A stretch of 64,000 nucleotides of DNA from Candidatus Coprovivens sp. (lineage in GTDB: Bacteria; Bacillota_I; Bacilli_A; RF39; UBA660): assembly GCA_051892935.1 (NCBI GenBank), contig JBJFGS010000038.1, positions 44,477 through 108,476 on the forward strand, in the 5' to 3' direction. Shown piece after piece: positions 23,604 through 33,891 of this stretch (the first letter of the stretch is position 1; every line of letters starts with the position of its first letter). The notes beneath the pieces were generated by a model. That model did not search any database, was not told the DNA's origin, and saw only the letters and a list, made by a program, of their open reading frames with translations. The position numbers were made by a program, and so were the translations under genes.

Positions 23604-25928
23604 TTACTCTACATCTATATCTTCTTCAACTTCAGATACATTAATATCATTATATTTACTACCATCCCATAGTGAAACTATAAAATCATCACCATTCTTC
23701 TTAATAGTAAATGCCGGATTATCAGTACCATAATAACTATAATTACCAACAGTAACAACCTTTTTACTTAATACATTTCCTTCATAATCATAAATAGTTA
23801 ATTCCTTACTACTATTTACTCCAGCAAAATAATTATCATACAATTCTACATAACTATAGCTATCACTAATAGCTTTATCTCCATTCTTATCATATACATA
23901 GTACTTACCATTATCCAATATTTTAAAATACGTTTTATTAGAATTATAACCTCTTACTTTATTAGTAAAACCAACAGATTCACTACCATGATACAATACT
24001 CGCCAATGACTAGAGGTATCTAACGCTAAATAATAGTCACCCAGTTTTTCTATTGAATTATACTCAAAAGAATGAAGTTTACTTACACTCGAACCATCAA
24101 AAGATATAACACCATACTTACCAGACTTTGTTTGAACAATAGCTTCTAAATTTCCATTATAATGTGTAACCTTATTATCATTATTAGGACTCATAGTATT
24201 AACTTTCAAATAAGTTACTTCTGTATTCTTGTCAACCAAATTATATAAATTTATAGTATTATTTCCATCTTTAATAAACACATATTGATTATTGATAATA
24301 GGTATTCTACTCTTTCTTTTTAAATCAAGAGCAGATATCATATCATTATCTTCCATAATCGTATCAACAGCTACAAAACAAGAAGTATATTCATCATCAC
24401 TCTTAGTTATACTATTTTCATTATTACAACTATAAACTCCTATTAACTCTTTCTTAGAAGAATCACTATAAAAATATAACTTTTTATCAAAATAATTAAC
24501 ATAATCATATTTATTATTAGCTAAAGCTTCAACTATACTTAAATGATAATAAGTTGACTCATCACCTTTTGAAGGATAAACTACCACTTCAATATTATCA
24601 CTTTTTATATTAAGTTCAAAACTTACTTTAGTACTAGTTAATTGATCATTTTCATCATAAACATAAGTTTTTACATAATTACTATTATATAACTTAATAC
24701 CACTTTCTGTATATTTAGTACCATTAACATCCTTAATAAATAATTTCTTACTATCAATTAAAACAACATACTTATTAAGTATCGTAATAAATTCAAAACC
24801 AGTATCAACTAAATTTCCTTTATAATCATAAACACTATAATCATCACCAACTAAAGTTACTACATAATTATCATTATAATTCTTAATTTTTAATTTAGAA
24901 TCATAATAACTACTTAACACTTTATTACTCTTGCTAATAACAGCATAACCTTTTTTACTTTTAGCAATAAGATTATTTTCTCCCTCAATCATTCCCAAAT
25001 AAGAATATTGTGGCTTAATTACTTCCTTAATATCACCACTAATTTGAATCAAGCCATACTGTTCATCTTTATTCTTAACAATAACATAATTATCATTATA
25101 TGCTTTAACATCTAAATATCTAGCAATCTCCTTATTTTCTTTTATAGAATATAAAACTATCTCATTACTATTTTCATCTTTATTATCAAAAACAAAAACA
25201 TAATTTTCATCATAAATAGGTAATCTTTGACTCTTCGAACTTCCATCTGCAGCTTCTAATTTTACTATATCAAAGTCATCTCTATTTAAATTAGTATCAA
25301 CATAACAAAGCTTATCATCCTTATTAGTACATTCATAACTACCTAATTCAGAATCATCATCTTTAAGAAAATAAAGTTTCCCATCCTTATAATAAAAATT
25401 ATCCACTACTACAGGAATTTCTTCTTCCACTACATTATTACCATCATCAACAGGTTTTTCTTCTTTACTAGTTAACATTAATATTAAAAATACTATTAAT
25501 GCAATCAATAATAATAATCCAACAATAACACCAACAATAATAAGATTCTTTTTCTTCTTAGGTAATTGCCTCCATTTAACAATCAATTTACCAGTCAAAC
25601 CATCATCCTCAGTTATTTCATCATCTTCGTCATCTACTTTTGAACTTTTTTTATTTAATTCCTTACTATCTTTAGGAACTTCAGCACCTTCTACATTTTC
25701 TTGTGATAATAATTCCTCTGCTAATGCAATATTTTTTTCAGCTAGTGCTTCTTCAGCGATTTCTTCTTGTTCTTTAGCTTCTTCTTCTATTAATATATCT
25801 TCGTATTTTTCACTTCTAGTAACTTCTTGATTGACTTTATCATATCTATTTGAACGACTATCAGCTAAATCACTCAATATTTTAATTGGCTTAGTAGTTT
25901 CCAAATCTTTTTTATTCATATCATTCAC
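23604..25928 (-). CDS. Large single-pass membrane protein with repeated beta-rich extracellular units
   Basis: Acidic N-terminus, TM, repeated KYG / Y.VYD..G units. Confidence 0.7.
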   Translation of the reverse strand: MNDMNKKDLETTKPIKILSDLADSRSNRYDKVNQEVTRSEKYEDILIEEEAKEQEEIAEEALAEKNIALAEELLSQENVEGAEVPKDSKELNKKSSKVDDEDDEITEDDGLTGKLIVKWRQLPKKKKNLIIVGVIVGLLLLIALIVFLILMLTSKEEKPVDDGNNVVEEEIPVVVDNFYYKDGKLYFLKDDDSELGSYECTNKDDKLCYVDTNLNRDDFDIVKLEAADGSSKSQRLPIYDENYVFVFDNKDENSNEIVLYSIKENKEIARYLDVKAYNDNYVIVKNKDEQYGLIQISGDIKEVIKPQYSYLGMIEGENNLIAKSKKGYAVISKSNKVLSSYYDSKLKIKNYNDNYVVTLVGDDYSVYDYKGNLVDTGFEFITILNKYVVLIDSKKLFIKDVNGTKYTESGIKLYNSNYVKTYVYDENDQLTSTKVSFELNIKSDNIEVVVYPSKGDESTYYHLSIVEALANNKYDYVNYFDKKLYFYSDSSKKELIGVYSCNNENSITKSDDEYTSCFVAVDTIMEDNDMISALDLKRKSRIPIINNQYVFIKDGNNTINLYNLVDKNTEVTYLKVNTMSPNNDNKVTHYNGNLEAIVQTKSGKYGVISFDGSSVSKLHSFEYNSIEKLGDYYLALDTSSHWRVLYHGSESVGFTNKVRGYNSNKTYFKILDNGKYYVYDKNGDKAISDSYSYVELYDNYFAGVNSSKELTIYDYEGNVLSKKVVTVGNYSYYGTDNPAFTIKKNGDDFIVSLWDGSKYNDINVSEVEEDIDVE

Positions 25929-26023
25929 CTTTCTAGATTAACTAAATTATATCATACTTTTATATATACAAATAAAAAAAGATAATTTATTATTATCTTT
26001 CAATTAATTACTTCTTCACCTAT

Positions 26024-27106
26024 CTATAATATCTTAATCAATATCTCATTCATCACATAAATATAATCAGGATTTATATAAATATATTCTCCATCAACAA
26101 TTAACTCTTTTTCTTTAAGTAAAGAAGATAAATCAAATACTTCTTGCATATTAACTTCGTACTTCTTATAAAATTCTCTTAAATTAATACCTTTCATCTT
26201 TCTAAAACCTAACATAAGTTCATTATACATTTTATCATCTTTACTCAGTATCTCTTCACTCTTTAAATACTCTCCCTTAAAATACTTTGTAATACTTCTT
26301 GTATTTTCATATCTAACTCCATGAATATACCCAGAAGCACCTAACCCAAATCCATAGTATTCTTCATTATTCCAATAAGTTAAATTATGTTTACTCATTT
26401 TACCTTCTTTAGCAAAATTAGATACTTCATAATGTTCATAACCATTATCATCTAATACATTACATATTTCTTCATACATTGAAGCATCTAACTCTTCCGG
26501 AATAGGAATAACCCCAGCATTTCCAACTTTAGTATTATCTTCAACAATCAAAGAATAAGTACTTATGTGATCAGGATTTAATTTTAAAATTAAATCCAAG
26601 TCTTTCTTTAAATCTTTTAAACTTTCACCAGGTATTCCATACATCAAATCTAAATTAATATTATTAAATCCATACAAACGTGCTAATTTAATTACTTCTT
26701 GAGCTTGTGTAAAAGTATGATTTCTTTCCATAAATTCGAGCTTATCCTGATTAAAAGATTCTACTCCTATACTTAACCTATTAACCCCATTTGATTTTAA
26801 TATATCAAGTAATTCTTCATTAATATCATTTAAATTACACTCAAACGAAAATTCATAATCAGAAGCTAATTTAAACTTACTAATAATTTCAAACAAATAC
26901 TTTAAATCTTTGGTACTTAAAGAAGAAGGTGTACCTCCCCCAATATAAATAGTTTTAATCTCTTCATCCATATACTTATCTTGAATTTCAAGCAACAAAG
27001 CATTTAAATATTGTGTAACCCAAGGACCATGTAACAATACCTTACAAAAATCACAATAACTACAAATACTTTTACAAAAAGGAATATGTATATAAACACT
27101 CTCCAT
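26024..27106 (-). CDS. hemW: Radical SAM heme chaperone HemW (HemN-like)
   Basis: YIHIPFC...CSYCDF, GGGTPS, YEVSNF, HN..YW. Confidence 0.92.
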   Translation of the reverse strand: MESVYIHIPFCKSICSYCDFCKVLLHGPWVTQYLNALLLEIQDKYMDEEIKTIYIGGGTPSSLSTKDLKYLFEIISKFKLASDYEFSFECNLNDINEELLDILKSNGVNRLSIGVESFNQDKLEFMERNHTFTQAQEVIKLARLYGFNNINLDLMYGIPGESLKDLKKDLDLILKLNPDHISTYSLIVEDNTKVGNAGVIPIPEELDASMYEEICNVLDDNGYEHYEVSNFAKEGKMSKHNLTYWNNEEYYGFGLGASGYIHGVRYENTRSITKYFKGEYLKSEEILSKDDKMYNELMLGFRKMKGINLREFYKKYEVNMQEVFDLSSLLKEKELIVDGEYIYINPDYIYVMNEILIKIL

Positions 27107-27159
27107 ATAATCACTACCTTACAAATCTAATTATATCAATATTAAATATCAAAATATAC

Positions 27160-28695
27160 TTAATTGACTTCAACTATACAATCAATATTTATTCCATTTT
27201 TCAAAACAATATCTTTTAATTTATTTTCAATATCAACTCTTAATTCATCAGTATATCCCTTATTAGCTTCTATACACTCCTTATAATAATAAATCTTTTT
27301 CTTATCATATTCATCTTTTTTAATTAAATATTCATCACAATAATAATAAAATAGCTCCATTGTAGCCATCAAAACACCATTAGAACTAGCTAATTCTAAA
27401 TAATTAATATATTTATTTAAATCTCTATTAATAGTGTCATAACCATTTTTATAAAAATAAATAGCTAAATTATAATAAGCATAATAACATACAACACGGC
27501 AATTACTATCTAAAGATCTATTATAATAATAATATGCTTTTTTCATATCCCTATTAATTACTCTATAGTATTCTCCCATTTTATTACAAGCCCAGCTTTC
27601 TCCTAAATCAGCAGACATCTTATAATAATCATAAGCTTCCTTTAATAAACCCTGTTCTTCTTTTATTTTCCCCATATTATTCATTGCATAAGCATAATTA
27701 TTATCTAAAGCAATTTTATAATACTCTATAGCTTTATCAATATTTTTTTCTAATGGATAAATTCCTTCATAATACATATTTCCAATTAAATTAGAAGCCG
27801 CAACATTGCCTAATTGAAAAGACTTTTCTAAATATTTATAGCCTTTCTCTAATTCTTCTTTACTACCACTTCCTAATAACTTTCTAATATACATATTTCC
27901 AATCATATAATTAGCACTTGCATGATCTAAAGAAGCAGCTCTATCTAAATAAGAAAAAGCAACACTATATCTAGGATATCCCGCAAAAAAGCCGTAATAC
28001 TCATTACTACCAATTTCAAAATTAGCATAAGCATTTCCTTTATCAGCTAATTTCTTCATAGAATAATCATAATTGATACCTTCTCTTAATTTCAAAGATA
28101 AATATTCTTGTAAATCAATAGAACTAATACTAGTATCATTCAAAACATTTTCAAATACTTCTACTTTCAATTCATCTTCATAAACAGGCTGTTTCTTATA
28201 TAAAACAATAAATAACAATTCCTCAACTAAACACTCATATATACTATTATTATTAATTAATATATATAATTTATTAGAAAACTCCTTTAATATTTGTTTA
28301 TCATTTTTCGCTAAATTATATAACTTACTAGCAATACTTTTAGCACTATCATTATTATTAATAAAATTTATCTTATCATTAATAGAAGTATATACAATAC
28401 CATCCACTATACTAAGTAATCCTATTATGTTACCTGCAAACTCTAAATCATTTTTATTATATCGTTTTTCTTTGTTTAAAAATATTTGTTTATATTCAGA
28501 ACCTATACTCCTACAACCAACACAATAATTATTAACTGTAGTATCATTAATACTCTCTAAATCAAACAAAATACAAAATAATTCACTTTGTAAAGCAGAA
28601 GTTTTATTCTTAGAACTATCTTTAATAATTCTAAATAAATTCCCTAAACTTAAATGTTCATCATTATTATTCATCTTTATATAATTTTTCTTCAT
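27160..28695 (-). CDS. Sel1/TPR repeat protein with possible N-terminal HTH
   Basis: Repeated A...(I/M)G..Y..G......A..YY..A units. Confidence 0.8.
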   Translation of the reverse strand: MKKNYIKMNNNDEHLSLGNLFRIIKDSSKNKTSALQSELFCILFDLESINDTTVNNYCVGCRSIGSEYKQIFLNKEKRYNKNDLEFAGNIIGLLSIVDGIVYTSINDKINFINNNDSAKSIASKLYNLAKNDKQILKEFSNKLYILINNNSIYECLVEELLFIVLYKKQPVYEDELKVEVFENVLNDTSISSIDLQEYLSLKLREGINYDYSMKKLADKGNAYANFEIGSNEYYGFFAGYPRYSVAFSYLDRAASLDHASANYMIGNMYIRKLLGSGSKEELEKGYKYLEKSFQLGNVAASNLIGNMYYEGIYPLEKNIDKAIEYYKIALDNNYAYAMNNMGKIKEEQGLLKEAYDYYKMSADLGESWACNKMGEYYRVINRDMKKAYYYYNRSLDSNCRVVCYYAYYNLAIYFYKNGYDTINRDLNKYINYLELASSNGVLMATMELFYYYCDEYLIKKDEYDKKKIYYYKECIEANKGYTDELRVDIENKLKDIVLKNGINIDCIVEVN

Positions 28696-28815
28696 AAAAT
28701 CACCACTTAATAATATTATATGTGGATTATACTCATATGTAAATCAACAAGTGTGGATTATTGTCGCTTTATATTTACACAAATTAAGAATAATATTTTA
28801 TTAAGGAGGCAGACT

Positions 28816-30096
28816 ATGAAAAAAATTTGGTCTAATTATAAACAGACAATAATCCTTCTAATAGCTCTAATAATAGGAGCCATAGTTGGATTAGTATATG
28901 GCGAAAAAACCGCTATATTAAGTCCATTCGGTGACTTATTTATGAACTTAATGTTCGTAATCATTGTTCCATTAATATTCTTGACAATAACAACATCAAT
29001 TGCCAAAATAAAACAACCTAAAAGATTAGGTAAAGTAATAACTACTATATTTGGAGTATTTATAATAACTACTCTAGTATCAGTAATTATTGGATTAGTA
29101 ACTACCTTTACTTTTGAATTAGTAAATACCGAAGATTCAAAAGCAATAGTAGAAACACTATCTACAAGTGAAGAAGCAGAAAAAGTAGAACTAAATATAT
29201 TAGAAAGAACAGTCCAAGCAATTAGTACCGGTGACTTCGTAAACATCCTTTCGAAAGATAACATAATTCCACTAGTAATCATTTCTATTCTAGTTGGATT
29301 AGCAATATCAAAAATTGGAACCGAAGCTGAACCAGTATTAAAAGTATTAGAATCAGCTAACAAAGTTGTTCTAAAATTAGTAGATTTTATCTTCTTATAT
29401 GCTCCAATTGGATTAGGATGCTACTTTGCATCATTAATAGGAACATTTGGAGCTAGTATTGCAACAGGATATCTAAAAACATTTATAATATATACTATTG
29501 TAGCGATATTATTCTACTTCATTATTTATACACTATATGCATTTATTGCTGCTGGAAAAGATGGAGTTAAGACTTTTTGGAAAAATGTACTACCTGCAAC
29601 AGCAACATCAATCTCAACATGTTCATCAGCAGCATCAATACCAGTAAATATAAAATGTACTAAAGCAATTGGAGTATCTGATGATATAGCAGAAACAACT
29701 ATACCATTAGGAACAAGTTTTCATAAAGATGGATCAGTTATAGGTTCAGTATTTAAAATAATGTTCTTAGTATATCTATTCGGTGCAGATGTTACATCTA
29801 TTAGCGGTATTGCCAAAGTAATTGGAGTTGCTCTAATAGCTAACTTATTAGTAACGGCTGTTCCTGTAGGTGGCGGAACAATATCAGAAATGATGATTAT
29901 TACAATGATGGGCTTCCCTGCTGGAGCACTTCCTATATTAACAATAATCGCAACAATAATAGATCCACCCGCTACAATGTTAAATGTTGTAGGAGATACA
30001 TCATCTTCTATGCTAGTATCAAGAATAGTTGATGGTAAAAATTGGCTAAAAGAAAAAACAAAATTAAAAGGAACAAAAAAAACAAAAGAAGCTTAA
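28816..30096 (+). CDS. Dicarboxylate/amino acid:cation symporter (DAACS)
   Basis: APIG, T.SSAA.IP, IPLG...HKDG, T.LNV.GD; ATG 28816 behind AAGGAGG. Confidence 0.92.
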   Translation: MKKIWSNYKQTIILLIALIIGAIVGLVYGEKTAILSPFGDLFMNLMFVIIVPLIFLTITTSIAKIKQPKRLGKVITTIFGVFIITTLVSVIIGLVTTFTFELVNTEDSKAIVETLSTSEEAEKVELNILERTVQAISTGDFVNILSKDNIIPLVIISILVGLAISKIGTEAEPVLKVLESANKVVLKLVDFIFLYAPIGLGCYFASLIGTFGASIATGYLKTFIIYTIVAILFYFIIYTLYAFIAAGKDGVKTFWKNVLPATATSISTCSSAASIPVNIKCTKAIGVSDDIAETTIPLGTSFHKDGSVIGSVFKIMFLVYLFGADVTSISGIAKVIGVALIANLLVTAVPVGGGTISEMMIITMMGFPAGALPILTIIATIIDPPATMLNVVGDTSSSMLVSRIVDGKNWLKEKTKLKGTKKTKEA

Positions 30097-30110
30097 AAAA
30101 GCTTCTTTTT
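30084..30110. terminator. Bidirectional terminator between convergent genes
   Basis: AAAAGAAGCTT-loop-AAGCTTCTTTT. Confidence 0.7.
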
Positions 30111-30855
30111 AATTTATCTTATAACTAACTAAAACATAATTATCATTTTTCAAAACAAACTTATAAGTATACTCAACCAAACTATCCTTATATAAAGAAA
30201 ATTTATTTACATCTACCATACTAGCTTTAAACAATTCATTCCTATAATTAAAAGCATCTCCATACGTTGCATAATACTTCTTTTCTCTTCCCGAAGTATC
30301 TCCTAATACCTCAGAAAAAATTTTATTAACAACAATAGTATATATACCATCACTTTCATATCCAGAAACAAAATTATTATAAACTTCCGTTCGAAGTCCC
30401 CCACTTCCGTGACCTAAATGTTTATCATTATTAGTATAAATTCCAGTATCTATATTATAAATCATTATATCTGAACCACTACCATCTTGAATATTATAAT
30501 GTGTGTCACAAATTAAATTTTCAGGTTCCAAACTAAAATCAAAATAACTAAATGCTACCTTCTCAAGTTCATCAAATGATAATTTACCAGAAACAGTATT
30601 TCCATCTAAAGCTAAAATCTCATAAGAAAGTCTTAAGATTTCTTGATTAGTCAAATCCCTAATAACAATATCTTTATTATAGTAATCCATATATTTTATT
30701 TTTTCTATAATGCTAAGTAAATAGTCCTTTTCATTTAAAGTTAATTCTCTAGTACTAACATCATTATCGCTTATTTTTTTATCTTCTCCATCGCATCCAA
30801 CTATAAATAAAAGAGAAAAAAAGATAAGAATACCCAAAACAACCTTTTTCTTCAC
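30109..30855 (-). CDS. Putative lipoprotein
   Basis: GTG behind GAGGTG; basic N-terminus, hydrophobic core, lipobox IVGC. Confidence 0.75.
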   Translation of the reverse strand: MKKKVVLGILIFFSLLFIVGCDGEDKKISDNDVSTRELTLNEKDYLLSIIEKIKYMDYYNKDIVIRDLTNQEILRLSYEILALDGNTVSGKLSFDELEKVAFSYFDFSLEPENLICDTHYNIQDGSGSDIMIYNIDTGIYTNNDKHLGHGSGGLRTEVYNNFVSGYESDGIYTIVVNKIFSEVLGDTSGREKKYYATYGDAFNYRNELFKASMVDVNKFSLYKDSLVEYTYKFVLKNDNYVLVSYKIN

Positions 30856-30941
30856 ATCTTCACCTCTATCATTATCATTATACATTATTTAAAATAAAAA
30901 CAAAAGAACTAGAATAAAGTGAACCCTAATTCTTCTAGTTC

Positions 30942-31424
30942 TTATTTTATTCTATTATTTTCTTTTCTTAAGACTTTTACAAATCTCGCTATTTCAACAT
31001 CAACTTCATCAGTAACAAATTCTTCTGTTTCAAATTGAACATTATCTGAAATAACCAAGCATTTATCAATTACATTTTTATTCAATAATAAATAAGTTTT
31101 ACCATCAATTCCCTTAATATTACCACTAATACCATTATATGAAATAACCTTATTTTCATTTATATATATCTTTATAGATTCTAAAGCTTGTTGAACTTCT
31201 TCTAAAGCTTTTTCTTTATTATTAGAATTATTCATTATATACTTTTTAATCTTACCATCACAGCAAACAGCAACATACCAATCTTCTCCTACTTTATCAA
31301 TATATTTTATTCTAATTTCCTTAGGAAAAAAGCTTAAACATCTCGCTATATAGTATCCATCTTTAATTTCTTCAAGTATTGATATAGATTTTTCTAGAGA
31401 AATATTATCAACATTTTTAGCCAA
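30942..31424 (-). CDS. Hypothetical protein, 5' end possibly disrupted
   Basis: 160-aa ORF; an upstream in-frame ATG (31466) with RBS is cut off by two stops. Confidence 0.55.
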   Translation of the reverse strand: MAKNVDNISLEKSISILEEIKDGYYIARCLSFFPKEIRIKYIDKVGEDWYVAVCCDGKIKKYIMNNSNNKEKALEEVQQALESIKIYINENKVISYNGISGNIKGIDGKTYLLLNKNVIDKCLVISDNVQFETEEFVTDEVDVEIARFVKVLRKENNRIK

Positions 31425-31542
31425 AATTCTACAATTTTATCATGAAGTTTTTTCTTTATCATCCATAGAACCACCTATTATCTTACTATAAATAAATTAT
31501 ACAATTTTTTTTAATAAAAAAAAGAAATAAAAATATTTCCTT

Positions 31543-32625
31543 TTATTTAGCATTCACATAAGTTCTAAGTAAACTATAAATAATAGACACAACAGGAACC
31601 CCTAATAACATACCAAATACACCACCAACAGAACCACCTATCATAACTGCTACTAAAACCCAAATGCTAGGTAAACCAATTTTTCCTCCAACTACTTTAG
31701 GATAAATTAAATTACCTTCTATTTGCTGTAATATCAAAAAGAACACAACGAATATTAGAGCTTTAAAAGGACTGATCATAAATATTAAAAATGCCCCAAT
31801 AATACATCCAATAAATGCTCCAAAAATTGGAATTAACGCTGTAAACCCAACCATAACTCCTATAGTAGCTGCATACGGTAACCTTAACAAAAGCATACCT
31901 AATACACATAACAATCCCAATATGCAAGCTTCTAGCCCTTGTACCTTAACAAAATTAAAAAATGTTACATTAGAAAGCCTAACTATTTCCAAAGTTTTTT
32001 CATAAACCTTCTTACTACAAACTTTATTCAATAATTTTTTTAATTGCCTACATAAATTTTCTTTGTCAATTAAAACATAAATAGCAAATACTAAACCGAC
32101 AAAGAAATTACATATAACAGTGACAACAGAATTTACAAAACCAAATGAAATATTTATCAACAATTCTGAATTATCTTTGACTAAATTAGATATTTCTTCC
32201 ATAAATCTATTATCTTCTAAATCAATAATAGCAAGTTGTTCTTCAGAAAGACCAATCTTCTCACCTAATCTAACCACATTTTCTTGATATTCTGGAATAT
32301 TATCTACAAATATCATACCCGCATTTTTTAATTGCGGAATCAAAATAAACAATAAAATTATAATAAAGCCAAACACAGCCACCAAAGATAAAACAACACT
32401 AATAGGTCTTTTTCCTTTTTTTACTTTCACTAATAACTTTTCTTCTATTTCTTTCATAATTACATTAAGTATAAAAGCAATAATAGCACCGATAATAAAA
32501 GGAAGTAATATTTTACCAAGTAAACTTAAAAAACCTATAACCCATTGGTAATTCATAAGTAAAACAAATAAAACAACAGCATAAGTTATAAGAACTATTT
32601 TATTTTTAAATTCATCATTTCTCAT
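31543..32625 (-). CDS. AI-2E family exporter
   Basis: LIPIFGAFIG, LQQIEGNLIYPKVVG, G..GMLLGVP. Confidence 0.92.
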   Translation of the reverse strand: MRNDEFKNKIVLITYAVVLFVLLMNYQWVIGFLSLLGKILLPFIIGAIIAFILNVIMKEIEEKLLVKVKKGKRPISVVLSLVAVFGFIIILLFILIPQLKNAGMIFVDNIPEYQENVVRLGEKIGLSEEQLAIIDLEDNRFMEEISNLVKDNSELLINISFGFVNSVVTVICNFFVGLVFAIYVLIDKENLCRQLKKLLNKVCSKKVYEKTLEIVRLSNVTFFNFVKVQGLEACILGLLCVLGMLLLRLPYAATIGVMVGFTALIPIFGAFIGCIIGAFLIFMISPFKALIFVVFFLILQQIEGNLIYPKVVGGKIGLPSIWVLVAVMIGGSVGGVFGMLLGVPVVSIIYSLLRTYVNAK

Positions 32626-32654
32626 ATATCCATCTCCTAAATAATTATATCATA

Positions 32655-33341
32655 TTAATTAGATATATTTAAAATATTATCCAAAAACTTCTTTATACAT
32701 TTAATTTTCAAAATAAAATAAAAAATCATACTCCCTAGAATATTTAAAATATAGTCATCAACATCAAAAGAACCAATTAAAGCTAGAAACTGTATCATTT
32801 CAATAATCAATATTATTATACTAACACTAATAAAATAATTGTACCATTTTTCATCAGTAGACTTAAAAATTCTAGGTAAGAATAAAGCAAAAGGACAAAA
32901 AGCTAACACATTACCAAAAATATTGTAAATAAAATCACCAACAGCTAAATTACCATTTCTCAAAGCTAGCAAATAATTATTTATCGTAGAAAAAGGAATA
33001 ATATTAAAAGAACTCTTAAAATATTCTTCAAAATAATTCAAATTAATTAAATATATAGATACACCTTCCCTACCAAAATATTTATCAAATAAAGTTAAAT
33101 TAAGCAACATAATAATATACAATACAAACCAAATAAGAAAATTTAATTTATAAATTTTTTTATAATTAATAAATTTACTTCCAATATACGTAAAAATAAC
33201 TATAAAAAGCAAAACAACAACTCTAATAATTGGTGAAGTTAAACTTAAAACCGAAAATTCAAAAATAAAATAAATAACAAGTAACACCAAAGAAATAACA
33301 TAACTAATAATTCCTAGTATTATATTTGTTCTATTCTTCAT
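32655..33341 (-). CDS. VanZ family membrane protein
   Basis: NIIPF.TI, GNVLAF.PF, IE..Q, G.FDVDD.ILN..G; likely ATG 33341. Confidence 0.85.
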   Translation of the reverse strand: MKNRTNIILGIISYVISLVLLVIYFIFEFSVLSLTSPIIRVVVLLFIVIFTYIGSKFINYKKIYKLNFLIWFVLYIIMLLNLTLFDKYFGREGVSIYLINLNYFEEYFKSSFNIIPFSTINNYLLALRNGNLAVGDFIYNIFGNVLAFCPFALFLPRIFKSTDEKWYNYFISVSIIILIIEMIQFLALIGSFDVDDYILNILGSMIFYFILKIKCIKKFLDNILNISN

Positions 33342-33395
33342 AATATCACCATATTCTCTAAACATTATATCAAACAACAATAGTTATTAAAACAT

Positions 33396-33432
33396 AAAAA
33401 AAGCACAAAGGCTGTCACCAAAGTGCTTTTTT
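33396..33432 (-). terminator. Terminator-like hairpin at the 3' end of the ncRNA
   Basis: AAAAAAGCAC-16 nt-GTGCTTTTTTT. Confidence 0.75.
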
Positions 33433-33887
33433 GTGAAGACCACACTATCTCGACTAAGCTGACAGGCTATGCGATAATAGCGCTCATTGAATTAAAAAAC
33501 TAATCTCCACTGTACGTACTACTTAATAGCTCAATGATTAAATCGTAGAAGTTTTAAATATGATATATCTTGAAAGAATACCACTAAGTGAACATAAGTA
33601 ACAAATAGTTAACTCAAACAAGATATATCAAAACTACTAACAAATCAAAACTGCCGAACACATTCCAAATTTCTTATTCTAAGCGCATCATACAAAGATA
33701 TCTTTCAATCATTGTATTAGCAATAATCCTATTGATCATTTTATTCAAATAACCAATAGAACTAAATAGAAAAGAAAAATTAAATATATTCACAGTAGCT
33801 CACTTACCAGCGTACTAATAAGTAAACTCCTAAACAATAAAGATAAGAAGTTGCCATATTTAGCTTCCACACTTTACTATTAAGTAA
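33396..33887 (-). ncRNA. Large structured non-coding RNA, about 490 nt (ROOL-like or new class)
   Basis: Own promoter and terminator, no long ORF, several helices of 12-18 bp rich in G-U pairs on the minus strand, two pseudoknots, CUGUCA/UGACAG kissing loops. Confidence 0.8.
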
Positions 33888-33891
33888 CTTT

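Noticed and set aside
26024-27106. Heme biosynthesis enzyme HemN
   Set aside because: Short N-terminus, HN..YW motif and position upstream of hrcA fit HemW
22568-33341. Vancomycin resistance locus (VanY-like and VanZ-like genes)
   Set aside because: The genes are about 9 kb apart and no vanHAX or vanRS is present; both families are common outside resistance loci
33804-33857. 17-aa ORF MATSYLYCLGVYLLVRW inside the ncRNA (type I toxin or leader peptide?)
   Set aside because: Weak RBS, start region sequestered in predicted helices, and short ORFs are expected by chance; not fully excluded
33396-33887. tmRNA, RNase P RNA, SRP RNA, 6S RNA or group II intron as identity of the ncRNA
   Set aside because: No tRNA-like GGGG/CCA ends, no GAGGAAAGUC RNase P motif, no GUGCG start or domain V seen, and too long for 6S or SRP; a covariance search is still needed
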